A DNA stretch of 64,000 nt from Octopus sinensis (GCF_006345805.1 NC_043002.1:91450001-91514000); one strand, 5' to 3'; shown: positions 41,009 through 54,666, counted from the stretch's first letter. Notes: generated by a model not told the origin, from the letters alone. A program made the numbers and translations.

Positions 41009-41983
41009 TGTATTTATGTATGTGTATATATGTATATGTATATATTGTACGTATGTATATGTATGTATATGTATTTATTTATATATGTATGTATGTCTTC
41101 ACGCATGTATTTATGCATATACGCATAAATAAGTAAAGCAATAAATATGCTTGCGCATGTGTACACTTTAATGCTTTCATATTCGGTTTCATGATAATCT
41201 ACGCCTTTTGTCAATATCTGCACGTAAGATTGACTGGCTTTTATTGCACTTATTTCCCACTTAGTCCAGTCTCTAGCATGAGCTTTATGCTCTTACTCAG
41301 ATTTTAGGCGAAACAACTAATTTATAACCCTCGCTCTTCTTGTGACAATCTACAGAGCCTGTTGTTACTTTTATTTGTTTCATTTTATATAGTAATATAT
41401 TGCTATATTGACTTACGTTTCACATGTATTACTTCTTTATTTATGATTTCATCTTAAATTTGATAATTATTTTGTTTTTATTTCTCTCGTTCCCTTCCTA
41501 TTTTGTATTTTCTTTGCGTCTTTTGCTCTGAAGTTCATTCTCTCCTGTCTCACTTTCTAATCTAATTCTTCTGTCGTCTATAAGAGAAGTTTTCATTTAG
41601 TAAATCGTATCTTAATGTAACAGCTTCCTCTTCCATCTATCTTATCTGCCTTTCTTTGACCTCAACACCAGAACATCACCCTCTTCTAAATATTGTATCC
41701 GAAACATATCTCTTTCTCTTTACCTTTCCCTCCTCATCTTACAACATGTCATTAACACTTCTCTTTCTTTCTTTTCTCTCACAATGTTTTCCTCTCACTC
41801 TTCGCCTCTCTCTCCAACTAACCACGTAATGCATTATACTCCTCTTTTCTTTCTTTTCTGCTCACATTCCTCCCCCGCCCTCTCTCTCACTATTATTCCA
41901 TCTCTCACTCACTCTACCTCCGTCTCTCTAACTAACTAAAGTATAACGATCGAACGAACAAGTAGGATTTTCTAGAGATTATA

Positions 41984-42512
41984 CCGTAAATCCTCGAGTA
42001 TAATTCGCTTTTTTTCCAAAAAATTTAAAGGTCAAAATCCCTTGTGCGTACTATATACAAGGTTAAAAATGAAAAATATTTTCTAAGCAATGCCCGAGTC
42101 TCTATTTGCTGTCTGGCAATTTTTATTCAGAGGAATTTTGTGATGTCGGGTGCGAAAATACATTAAGCTAAGCCTGAAAGCAATGAAGTCATAAAAGAAT
42201 CATAATAACTTGCAGTAAGCAACATTTATTAAACGTTATTACTGTTATTACTGTTATTACTGTTATTTCCTTATTTTCTGCAAACAAAATGCACAAAAAC
42301 TCTACAGGTTTGCATTATGTTATATGTACAATAATAATAAAGGACGTTATCGTATACATTTTTACAAACCAAGGACGTTATATAGACCTCCTTGACTCAA
42401 GTCAGAGAAGAGTTGCGTATTATACACAAGGTTTAGTTTTTTCAGAGGTACAGCCCCCTAAAAATCCCCTGCGTATTATACTCAAGGGCGGACCATACTC
42501 GAGGATTTACGG
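41984..42512. mobile_element. Tc1/mariner-superfamily (Tc2/pogo-like) MITE
   Basis: TA flanks; TIR ccgtaaatcctcgagtat / atactcgaggatttacgg; subterminal tgcgta.tata..caagg repeats. Confidence 0.85.
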
Positions 42513-42891
42513 TATTTATAATAGACTCTGTCCTGTTATATGAAGTATACTTTTGCCATTATGGATTACATCAGAATATATGGCATATCTACAATAATTA
42601 TAATTTAAGCTTTATCAAATTTCCTGTTACTGATACAAAATAATAAAATGAATAGTAATTTTTTACAGAAAAATAGTTAGGTAAAGCAAATTTCCTACTT
42701 GTATATTTGGAATAAATATATGTAATTATTTTTCTAAATGCTATTCATAATCACAATCAGCATCCTCAAAAGCCTATTTCTGGATAATTTTAATAAAAAT
42801 TAACGTAATTTTCAGAGAGTTACAAGATACTTATCCCGAACGGCTTATGAATTAACTCTCTCTTTATGAATTTCACTTTTTGTCTCTCTAT

Positions 42892-42955
<64 letters not shown>

Positions 42956-43234
42956 CACACACTCTCACTCTCTCTCTCTCTCTCTCTCTCCCTCTGTCTC
43001 TCTCTGTCTCTCTCTCTCTCCACGTTGTAAAGCGTGACTGCAGAGAGACAGTCTCAGCAAGATAGATAGATGTAGATTGCATTGCTCTCAGCCCTCTTTC
43101 GATCAGCGGAGAGTGTTAGTCTGCTCACATAACCATCGGGGTGGTATCATACGAAGGCTAAAACGATGCAAAACGCATCGTAACTAGCGACGTGTAACAA
43201 CATCTCGTCGGTCACGTGTATACATTATATATAT

Positions 43235-43271
<37 letters not shown>

Positions 43272-43644
43272 TTGTGTGTATATATGTATAAAACTATTTT
43301 GGGGAATAATTGATCTCGAAGCAAATAATGCTAGAAATAATAAATATTGCGTTAAAGCCACGTTTAGAGGATGTGTGGTTTCAAGTACCATGGCCACCTT
43401 TCGACTTTTTCTTTTCAAAGTGGATTTTAGACACAGTTTTTATACACTGTTACGTATAGCATCATTTGCTCAGTGAATCACAATTGAAAAAAGAAGAAAA
43501 AACGAAAACAAAACATTATTTCAAGTTCTTTCGGAGTTTATAAAAATTGTTACATCAGCAATGTGTGTGTATGTGTTTATGCGTGTGTTAATAATAATAA
43601 TAACAACAACAACAACAATAATAATAATGATGATAATAATAATA

Positions 43645-43699
<55 letters not shown>

Positions 43700-43970
43700 T
43701 AATAATAATAAATTCTTTTTATTGGCCACAAGGGCTGACACACATGATTAGAAAACATAAAGGGACAAAACAGGACGAAAGGTTACAAAGGGTTTGTGAA
43801 AAAAATCGTGTAAAAACAGTGTAACAAGGAAATAATATAACAATGAAAAACTCCCAATAGGGGGAGGCGTTACGAAAGGTTCCTGGTGGAAAAAACCCAT
43901 AAAAGCCAACGGGAGCCTGGTCAAAAGTGGGGTAGAGAGCCCATTTCTCCTTTTATAAAACCTTTTTCAA

Positions 43971-45500
43971 TCACAGGCGAAACCTGAGAATTGGTCCATT
44001 TACACTGGCCATTCTTGCACAATTCACCCACCTTTTAGAAAACTTGCTATCAGCCAGCACTCTCCTCTCTAACCTCATTTTCCTTTTCAAGTGAAACTTG
44101 AAAAAGTTGATGAGGCCTTGACCAAAGAGGAAAGTGTCTGACTTTAGCCCTTTCAAACGTGTCCACCATACAACCTCTTTCGCCACAGCCACTAAGGTAC
44201 AGGAAAACGGCCTTGCCCTCCTTGTTAAAGGAGGTCGGCGGGGCAATCTTCACTGTGGATTCAGCTGATAGCCGGATCCGTCCTATACGTGACAGTAGCT
44301 GTTCGACATAAACCCATAGTTCAGCAATATTCGGGCACTGGACGAGTGCGTGCAGAACGGTTTCGTCGTCCTGGCAACACTTCGGGCAGGCCCGGCTGAT
44401 GGCACTTCGGTGCCGGTTGAGTTTATCCCGTACAGGCAGAGCCCATCGGTAGCACTGCCAGACGAGCGACCTCTGAAAGTTATCCATTGGCCCCGGCCCG
44501 AAAGTCCTTCCGAATAGACCGCTCAGTTCGTTATCATCAACGCCTAGAGTTCCCCCGAGAACGTCGTTGCATTTTTCCTCCATTAACCCTCTATAGAACG
44601 CTAGAGTGGAACTAACACCGATCGCATTGCCCGCCTGGCGGAGGGTGGAGAGAGCTTGACGGCACTCAAAGTGCCAAGCGCCCTTTCTCGGTCTACGTTT
44701 GATCTAGGTCTGCAGCTCTGTCAAAGGGACGAGCTGCGGAAAGTCGCGTCTGACAAAAGACGACCACACTTGTTCACCGTCTAGGAAACGCTTGAGATGT
44801 CGCAGCCTGAGCGCATGTCTGTGCATCAGTAACCACGGCATGCCAAGGCCTCCGTTCAGCGGTCGTTGACAGCAGCTGCCTTGAGAACAGCTGCCAAGTA
44901 CCGATGGTCGACCCTATCGAAAGCTTTACTCTGATCTAAATTGATAAAAGCCCCACCCGCGCCAGCGTCGTTACACACCCTCTCTATGATGTAGCGCATG
45001 AGATGGAGGTTGTCATGTGTCGACCTGGTCGGTACGGCGCATCTCTGCTTCTTGCCAATCAGATTGTCCACGACAAGCGCCAATCTCTTGGCTAGCACCT
45101 TGGCCAAAATCTTCAACTCTGCATTGAGCAGAGTGATGGGCCGAAAATTCCCTATAATGTCCCCTTTGTTTGGGTCCTTTTCTAGCAAAGCCACCACCCC
45201 TCGACAGACAAAAGCAGAAATTCTCCCGTTTTGCTGCCAGTTGCAGTAGACGTTTGCCAACAGGCCCGCAAACAGGTCTGGCATTGAAGTGTAAAGCTCG
45301 TAGGGCGATCTACCTCTCGTGCAACTCTTCATTGCTTCCTCCACTTCCCAGGCAGATATCGGTCCCTCGCAGCACTCTGCCTCGCTGTCCGAGAGTTGCG
45401 GTAGGCCGTCCAGGTACACACCGAAGTCTTTACCGTTGTTCGTTGCACCGCTCGTCCCAAACAGTTGAGCAAAGTGCCGCTGAAACACCGCAGCTCTCCT
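43971..45500 (-). pseudogene. Tx1-like ORF2 remnant (partial RT + zinc-finger tail)
   Basis: ORF pieces 44856-45884, 44050-44583 and 43971-44246. Confidence 0.85.
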
Positions 45501-45748
45501 GATCCAGAAAGGGGATGGCTGTCGGGTCCGCTTCAGCAGCAGGGCGAAAAATTGTTGGTTCTGCTGGTAGCGGTGGTGTTGCTGTATCTGTTGGTGATGG
45601 TGACGGTGTCGGTGATTCTTCTTCTTCCTTTTTTTGTTGTTGGTGTTTTTCTTGGTGCTGGGGTTGGTGTTGGTTTGGTGGTTGGAGGTGTTGTCGTTCG
45701 TCGTGGTGGTGGTAATGGTGTTGGTGGTGTGGCAGCCTTTGGTGTTTC

Positions 45749-46868
45749 TTACTGTTGTTGTTTCTGTTGTTGTTGTTGTTGATGTTGTTGTTGCTGCTGC
45801 AGCTTCTTGCCTTCTGCCTCCATTCTTTTTTTGTAAATGGGACAGTCCCACTTTAGGTGGCTTTCGCTGCTGCAGAGGTAACATTTTGGCTTTCGCCCCT
45901 CCACAGCAACGTGCAGCCTGGTTCCGTCCGGCAAATTTACCGAGTCAGGTATGGCATTAATGTTTTCCTGCTGGATTTTTCCCAGCAGTTGAACTCCCAT
46001 ACCTGACCAGTTTTTTTCCCTCACTCTTCGTACATCTAGAATAGTGGCAGTGTCCTCTATGTCATAGAGGACAGCCGCCACCAGCCATGATATATTTAGT
46101 TCGGGGGGTACTGTGTCGATTTTTATTTTTTGGACCCTCCGCCCGAGGTATGTTGGAACAAGGAACAGATTTTCATTTTGCAAGGGCGAAATGGCATGCG
46201 CCCTTGCATCCTCCTCTGTTGGGAAGCGAACCTCCACAGTTCCGAAACGCTTCCCTCTGGTGACATAGCTCTTTTTGCCCCATATGGGCTTCAGAACTAT
46301 TTCCAATTGTTGGGGTGTTGCGTTGATTAATCTTTTGTTTTTCTTGTCGAAAACCTTGTAAAATATCGTCTTCTTGTTTGTGTCATGTATGAGTTGTTGA
46401 GGTGTATTGAGGAAAACACTGTTTCCCTATGTTCTCAACAACTCCTTTGCGCTTTTTATTTGGTCCATCGTAACTTTTACTTCCTCCGAGTTTTCTTTTG
46501 CAGCGGAGGCAAAATTGCTACGATGGCTTGTTGTGTTGTTTGCTGGTGGTGGTGTCGGTGTGGCTGCTGGTCATTTTCTTTGCTTCTTTCTCCGGTACTG
46601 GAGCACTGGTGGAAGGAAGAGAAGGCAAATCTTCGTTGACGTCAAAGGTGACGCCATCGTTGTCGCTTTTCTTTGCAACGCTCTTTCTTCCGTCCTTCCC
46701 CGGTACTGGAGCACTGGTGGAGAGAAGAGGAGGGAAATCTTCGATGACGTCAAAAGTGACGCTTTCGTTTTCATTTTCATTTAGAACGTTGAACGTGCTG
46801 ACACGTTCCATCGAAACATTTTGTTTGCCTTTTAAGGCACGAAATGGGCGGTTTGGAGAAATGTTCAA
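45749..46868 (-). pseudogene. Tx1-like ORF1 (gag-like, zinc knuckle), frameshifted
   Basis: ORF segments 46518-46868 and 45749-46306; VEGRKPKCYLCSSESHLKWDC. Confidence 0.75.
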
Positions 46869-46989
46869 ATCAATTTTTTTCTTGTGTCGGGGGGGGGGGG
46901 TGTTCGAAGAAGGGAACAGCCAACTGTTCTCTTCGACATCTTTTCAATATGTATGTGAATGTAATTTTAAAAAAGTCAATATTTCAAAC

Positions 46990-47190
46990 GAAAATTTTAC
47001 CCCTAAGAAAGATTTGTACAAATGTAAAGATAGAACACCTATAAAAGTCAGCATTGCTTGGAACGGCAAGAATTCTTCGCAGGGACCTTGAAACATGACC
47101 AGTAAACAAGTGCCACAGTAGTCTGCTGGTTGTGGACAGTGGATACTTTCCATCATACCCAGCAAAATAAGCCAAGAGTCTTCATCAAAT
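46990..47190 (+). mobile_element. R4/Dong-clade LINE 3' end
   Basis: EHL*KSALLGTARILRRDLET*. Confidence 0.65.
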
Positions 47191-47656
47191 AATATACTAC
47201 CTCGTGTGAGTTATACAGAAATTACATGCCGTGAACAACGGTTTGGCCTGCTCAAGTCTTGTGTCTGAAGTTATAATTCTAGGATATTGTTGTATTTCGG
47301 AATGGTCATTTTTCTTTTGGTTTGTTTTGTTAAATAAACACACGCATTATATATTCGTCCACCGCTCATTTATTATTGTTCTTATTCTAACTCATGTCCA
47401 TTGTCCGGAAATCTTTCGTCACACATCTGTGACCTCCTCAGCAACACTTTTCATCTTCGTGTGTGCTTTTGCTCTGCTTATTCCATTCATGCAACACAAA
47501 TTCATAAATGTAAAGTTCTAGGATATTTTACGGAAACACTAAATCGAAACAAGCACTTGACTGGTATTATATTTTGTCAGCTCTACATACATACATACAT
47601 ACATACATACATACATACATACATACATACATACATACATACATGTGTGTGTATAA

Positions 47657-47938
47657 GATCTCCTTCGGTCATGAGTGACCATGAGATTGCACCTATAAAG
47701 TTCCCCTCCGAGGCACAATTCTGGGCAAGGTTGTTTCTGGAACATCAGCAGTCGCCCGTGCATACTAGCCTCCCCTCTCCCCGCCACCGATGTTATCCAG
47801 GGGAAAGGCAAAGGCCAATACAGCTTGGCATCAGTGATACCGTAACCGATTTCTACAGCTGAGTGAACTGGAGCAACGTGAAATGAAGTGTATTGCTCAA
47901 GAACACAGCTCGGCCTGGGAATCGAACTTACTACCTCC
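47657..47938 (-). mobile_element. tRNA-derived SINE (family 3)
   Basis: Reverse-complement homologue of 7123-7457. Confidence 0.8.
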
Positions 47939-48027
47939 TGAATATATTATGTAGTTGTATGTATGTATGGATGTAGTATGTATGTATGTATGTATGTATG
48001 TATGTATGTATGTATATATATATTATT

Positions 48028-48074
<47 letters not shown>

Positions 48075-48078
<4 letters not shown>

Positions 48079-48240
48079 CACATAAGCAATCTACACCCCT
48101 AGGGTGAGATTCAGCGCATTAGAGTGCCACAAAAATAATGGATAAGATTTGAATTTTTGTTCTGTCGAATCTTATCTATTGTTTTGTGGCTCTCTAATGC
48201 GCTGAATCTTCACCCTAGGTGTAGATTCCTTATGTGTATA
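48075..48240. repeat. Fold-back inverted repeat, ~75-bp arms and ~15-nt loop
   Basis: tatacacataagcaatctacacc...gataagatt / aatcttatc...ggtgtagattccttatgtgtata. Confidence 0.9.
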
Positions 48241-48347
48241 ATTAATTATATAGTCTTTTTGACAAATTTTTGCACGTTAGACCACTGGAAATGTAAATTT
48301 TGATTGAGTATTTTAAATTTAATTAAATTCCATTTCCCTTATTGATA

Positions 48348-48396
<49 letters not shown>

Positions 48397-48447
48397 GAAA
48401 GAAAAAGAAAGGGAGCCAAACAGAGGAAGGAACCTAACAAAAAATGA

Positions 48448-48552
<105 letters not shown>

Positions 48553-48795
48553 ATAGATGAGAATAAAAGTTCACTCAACACGTTTCGTAGAGGTTTTCTG
48601 TATTAAGCATTACAATGTTAAAGCATGCATAAAGCGTCGCGGCTGTGAGAAAACTCAGAAACGAACATACGGATGATTAAGTGTTGCCTTCTGACTCCAG
48701 CGAAACTTTAAGTAATGCCTCTCTGACTCAGTCTGCTTGTGTTTATGCCTGCGTGCATATGTATATATATGTATATATATATATATATATATTAT

Positions 48796-48834
<39 letters not shown>

Positions 48835-48885
48835 TATATAGATATATATATATAGATATATATATAATATATATATATGTATATG

Positions 48886-48927
<42 letters not shown>

Positions 48928-48954
48928 ATATACATATGCATATATTTGAATGCG

Positions 48955-48985
<31 letters not shown>

Positions 48986-49043
48986 TATATAAATATATAT
49001 TCACGTATGTATGCGTCAATATACATATATGAGTGTGTATATC

Positions 49044-49124
<81 letters not shown>

Positions 49125-49825
49125 TATATATAATATACATACATATGATGTGTGTGTGATGTATATATAATATATATATATGTATATGTATAAATGCGTA
49201 GATACATATTTACGTTCAGAGGAAAGGCGGGATTTTTCTTATATTTATTACATAGCCATTATTTCTACTAAAACCATTTGGGTTTGATTTCTCGGTCTAT
49301 ATCTTTATTAGATTTGTTGGTGAGATAGAGACCCGTTATGTCATACATGTAGGATTTATTTACTGTAGCTAAATCACTTTCAACAGTGCCTCATTTTTGT
49401 TTGATTTATTTTCCCTTCAATTTATGTAATTTTCTATTCAAGTGTTCAATTTTTCGATGTGGTGTATTCATAAGGAAGACGTCTTTGAAAATATTTTATA
49501 TGCAACAAGCAGCCGGAAATGATTGAAAACTTTTCTTCTGTAGAAGATGAACTCAATAATGCACGGTTGTTTGAAGCAGATGATTATTGACGGCATTTTT
49601 GAATGATTTTGTGTTGAATTAATGTAGGCATCTATCTACTGGCTGCTTACAGAAGGAAGCATTAATCTACAAGCTTTCATCTATGCATAATTCACAAACC
49701 TTCAAAGACGTTCCGACGACTCACTGAAATTTAGCTGTGGATAATGCCTGCCTATCCACTTTTCTCTCCTTCTTTCGTTCGCTCTTTCTTTCTTTCTTTC
49801 TTTCTTCATATGTGTGTTATGTGAT

Positions 49826-49912
<87 letters not shown>

Positions 49913-50497
49913 AGGAGATGAGAGAGAGAGAGAGAGCGTGAGAGAGAGAGAGAGTATTTATGTAATCGGAAAAAGGGACAGAAAGAGAGACAATGTATGA
50001 GATAGAGATAGAAGTAAAAAAAAAAATGAAGACTGCAAGAAGGATACTTATAGATAAGAGAGAGAAAAAAAAGCGTCATATGAATGAATTAGATAAGAGA
50101 AAACTGTAGAAGTCACCGCAGCAGACGATGCTGACGAGGACTAAGCTGTTATTGTTGTCGATTGTTGTTGATGTTCTTTTTCATGATGATGATGGTGGTA
50201 GTGGTGTTGGTGGTGGTAGTAGTAGTAGTAGTCGTGGTGGTGGTGGTGGAAGAACAACAAGCACGAGCAAAAGAAGTGAAATAAGCAAGATCAGTGAAAA
50301 AAAAAAGAATAATAAAATTGCTGGACTAGAAAACATAGGAGGATAGGAGGAGGAGGAGGAGGAAGAGGAGAGGCTGTAGGTAGTTTTTAAAGGAAGAAAA
50401 TAATAGCAAAGAGCAGGAGAGACAAGAAAGTGATACACAAAGTGAATGTTCGATTGACACACATATATAGAGAGAGAGAAAGAGAAAGCGAGAGAGG

Positions 50498-50530
<33 letters not shown>

Positions 50531-51354
50531 AGAGAAAAGAGAGAAAAAGGAAAGAGAGGGGAGACGCACACAAAAGAGAGATAGAAATATAAACAAACGA
50601 GATAAAATTATAAACAAAAAATTTAAATATGAATCAAATAATATAGATTCGTAACTTGAATGACAAACTTGAGAAAAGCTGTTCACTTAATCAGCCTTTA
50701 TAATTAGTTCTCAATTGACGAGACGTGAAGCAATGAACGGGCAAGTGGGACCGTGGTCGAATCTGGACTTAAAATATATAAAGGAATGAATTCTGTTTTA
50801 TATTCTATGAAAGCCAGAAGTGTCAGGACTTTTATCTTTTGTAAGGTTACCCAGGAGATTGAGGTATTGTTTAAATATATTTTAGTTGATCTTATAAGAG
50901 AGAAAAAATGTGACGATCCTCTACGTTATAGTTCCATATACGAGACATAGCAGGTTTGGATAATGTGCCTAGAAAGAAGGACAAGATGATAAGATCAGAG
51001 CGCATTTCATCGAGGCCGAACACAAGCAGTATAACGTTTTGCAGAAAAATTGTCCGAAATTTGCAGGCGAAAATATTACTGAAGTAGTTTATTCACGCAG
51101 GTTTGGTGTTGGTAGTTCAAAGGAACGGAATTTATTGAGGCAGCGAAGTATGAGGTATAAAGATGAAACAGTTAGTCTGCAAGCCAATGATTACAATGTG
51201 TTGATGACTAAATCAATCAGGTGAATTGCCTAGCTATGCGCCATATTAAGGCTAACTGATGAGCTAAACAAAGCGTTTTTTTTTTCCGAGCTCTACTGAT
51301 TGGGCGAATCTACTACGATTGTCTTCTTGTTTATGCCCCTGTAACACAGATACG

Positions 51355-51565
51355 AAGGAGGTGAGTTAGCAGAATCGTTAGCACGCCAGACAAAGTGCTT
51401 AGCGGCATTTCGTCCGCCTTGATGTTCTGATTTTAAATTCCACCGATGTCGACATTGTTTTCCGTTCTTTCAGATACAATGAGTACAAGCTGGCTGCTGG
51501 GATCGATGTAATTGACTATCCCCTCCCCACAAATTCCAGGCCTTGTGCCTATAGTAGAAAGGATT
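51355..51565 (+). mobile_element. SINE family 2 with alternative tail ending in (ATT)n
   Basis: aaggaggtgagttagcagaatcgttagc...ggccttgtgcctatagtagaaagg. Confidence 0.75.
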
Positions 51566-51623
51566 ATTATTATTATTATTAATTATTATTATTATTATTA
51601 TTATAAGCACTTTATTATTATTA

Positions 51624-51772
51624 TTCAGGTCACTGCTTGAAATCGAAGTCGGAACCTTGGGATTAGTAGTCCGTGCTCTTAACCACTACGCCCATGGGCA
51701 TATAGCGTAGTGGTTAAGAGCGCGGGCTACTAACCCCAATATTCCGAGTTCGATTCGAGGCAGTGATCTGAA
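51624..51772. repeat. Head-to-head palindromic pair of tRNA-like units
   Basis: Each arm has an A box (gcgtagtgg), an anticodon-like loop ctactaa and a B box (gagttcgattc); second instance at 62446-62595. Confidence 0.85.
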
Positions 51773-51794
51773 TAATAATAATTATTATTATTGC

Positions 51795-51828
<34 letters not shown>

Positions 51829-51889
51829 GCTGTTGTTGTTGTTGTTGTTATTATTATTATTATTATATTATTATTATTATTATTATTAT

Positions 51890-52035
51890 ATCATCGAAAA
51901 ATACCTTAGGAATGAGACCCCAGGTTCGAAATTTTCCAGGACAACTGATGAATGCTGGAGAGTACATCAGCCGAAACGTTGGGTTAACAATAAACAAGAC
52001 GAGGAGAAATCCTTTAAATGTAAATAATGTACAAT
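51890..52035 (+). mobile_element. Hammerhead-bearing short element (family HH-B), degenerate
   Basis: ctgatga-a-tgctg...cagcc-gaaac-gtt at 51945-51980; homologous minus copy at 62270-62388. Confidence 0.65.
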
Positions 52036-52039
52036 TTCA

Positions 52040-53200
52040 TCACTGCATACATATTGGACAGTCCCGTCCGACGGAAATTCCGTGCTTGCAGAGTTTATCT
52101 CGAACCAGTAACGCACTTCATTGCACTGCCAGGCCAAAGACACCAAGAAATTATTGAACGATCCAAAAGTACTCCCAGACCGACCAACCAGTTTGTTTTC
52201 ATCGACGTTCAGTGATTGCTGAGAATATCGTCTCTCTTTCCCTCTATAGATTGCGGGAGCGGAATGTCTACCGATCTATTGGACGCATGTTGAAAACATT
52301 CTTGATGTCAGGTGCCCAGTTTCGATCTTTGCTTCATCCAAGAAAGCAACCACTTCAGAGATGAGCTACGGAAATATTTGCCTCCCGAACACTGCCCAGG
52401 AATTTCTCAAAGCGACGAAGCTGAAGTGTGCCTCAACAAAGGCGTAATGCCCAGTCTACAGTACTCAGTGTATAGACAGCAGATAGAAAGCTAGACCAGT
52501 GAAATGCGTCTCTACCACTAGAATTCGAAGAACAGACTTTCCAATTAGATTAGGTGCTAAATGGACCAAAGTACAACGGTTAAAATGTAGTTTATGATGG
52601 AGGTGATGTAAGCGTTCGCCACCTTCATTCGAACTTTCAGAGACAACTTCCTCTCATCTCATTTCAAGGTAAGATTTACCGCCCTCTTCGTCCCTTCGGT
52701 TTTGTTCCGGTCCACCTGGTGGTCGGTGTTTACCAGAAACTGAGCAATTTAATCAGTCTGTCGGTCCAATCTAGTGTCGTCAGTGTCGAGTTGTTGCTCC
52801 AGTTATGAAGCTTGTGAAACCACCGACTTGTCCAAGTTCGTGTTTGCTCTTGCCACAGATTCGTTTACCTTCCAAGTGGTGTCGACCACCTCCACTCAGG
52901 TGATATGAAACACTATGACTCTGACATCCTCTGCATATGTCAGCATAACCCTCAATCTCCTACCTCTAAAAGGATGTCAAAAGTTTCAGCTTCCACAGTA
53001 GACACGAAAAGAACCTCTTGAAGGTCCGAACAGCGAAACAGTTCTGAGAGGTGACAACCGAGCAGATGCTGCGGTGCATTGCAGCAATCCAGCCCCTAAA
53101 CACAAGGCAAAATCGACCACTTTCAACACAGTCGTCAAACAAGCACGCTCGATCATATCTGATGTTTTCGACTGATTTAAACTTGTCATAGCTTCACCAA
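52040..53200 (-). mobile_element. Old degraded Tx1/L1-clade ORF2
   Basis: LNQSKTSD (cf. LDQSKAFD), FRGWIAAMH, TYAEDV (cf. YADD), SLAWQC. Confidence 0.65.
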
Positions 53201-54619
53201 AGCTATCACCAATAGGGCACCAGAAACAATCAAGTACCAGTCCAGTACTTGAGGTGATGGAATTAAATTACCCATCCCTCTAAAATCGATTGCCTTGTGG
53301 TAAAATTAGAAAGAGTTATTATTATCTTCATTATCATAAACGGTAAGAACACGCACAGATTCGGATCTGAAGATTTTTACGGACAGGAAATAGTTTGGAT
53401 ATTTGGAAAATAGTCGTGTACTAGATAGCATCAGCTGGGATATGCAATTTTGGTTTCTTTATACAGCAGCCTTTCGACATCTTTTCACATGTCAGTCATA
53501 CTTTGACGCAAGAAGAGCTGGGAAGTCTTGGAGCTATGTCAAATGTCGATTGTCTCGTATAGTACGAATCGAGTTATCATGTTACATCGTTAAGATACCA
53601 CACGTTCTTCCTTTAACCACGACAGACAGGCAGCTTTCTTCTATCTACGGGCTATGGAGAGAAATAATGTGTAGTGGACAAAGCAGTGTATAGTCGTTAT
53701 GAGCACCGCAACCATGAAGTGCCACAATGTGGACAAGGCGATGTAGAGACATTATTAGCACTGGGAAGATAAAACGCTACGTTGAGCTCGATGGGATTAT
53801 GATTTGAAACATTAAAATATGTGACTAAATACTACAGTATTTTATCCGCTGCGATCGATTCTGTCACCCATTGTTTTTTCGAGAGGAAGTATAATAAGAA
53901 TAGAGGAGTCAGGCGAAGAAAAGAATGAAAAAAAATGTGTGTAGAGAAAGCTGAAAAATTAAGGAACATGATAAAAAAGAAAGTCTTTTAAAGGGAAGAG
54001 ATTGGGAAAGTAATAGTAAGAGAAAAGGAGACACGTGTGAAAGGAGCAAGAGCTGTAAGAGAACGTCTTTGATACGGTCACTGTCCTCTGACAACGTCGA
54101 CTTTGTTATTATGTAACACAGACTTGACATCCCTTTTATTGTCTTGGTCTGTTTTTGCCATAATTACAGCAAACTCCGAGTCATATTTCGCAATTTTACT
54201 GGGAATATCGACAACAAAAGTAATTTCAAAAACATTTTTAACAATAATTTATGGGGGAAAAAAATGTAAGGGAACACGAGGAAATATTTGGTTAAAATGA
54301 CAGTTTTTGCTTGTAATTTTTAATTTTCTTTTACGAAATTGTATCTAAATTATACAGCGCTCTTCTTTTTTTCTTTTTAATTTGGTGACAGCAACTAAAA
54401 TTCAGTTTTAAAAAATTAGTTGAACTAAATTGAAATTAAAATATCAGTTGTGAAGATTTGAAAGTGATTTGGTGACTCATCTTAACACATATACGCACAC
54501 AAACACACACACACAAAACATACACACACATACGCATACATACATACGCACACATACACAAAAAATACGCATACATTTAGTCACACATTCACACACAAAC
54601 TTGATATATTTCTATTTAA

Positions 54620-54666
<47 letters not shown>

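Larger units (their letters stand above)
43712..46935 (-). mobile_element. Tx1/L1-clade LINE, internally deleted
   Basis: ORF1 with CCHC knuckle CYLCSSESHLKWDC; RT N-terminus FRPITLLNAELKILAKVLAKRL...LDQSKAFDRVDH; C-terminal CPKC..ETVLHALVQC; 3' end abuts an (ATT)n tail. Confidence 0.9.

Noticed and set aside
49700-50690. GA-rich, TE-poor stretch as a possible promoter or 5'UTR
   Set aside because: Composition only; no definable element
51696-51772. Functional tRNA gene (ACT anticodon-like)
   Set aside because: No proper acceptor stem and it occurs as palindromic repeats; treated as a tRNA-derived head. The same applies to the SINE heads elsewhere
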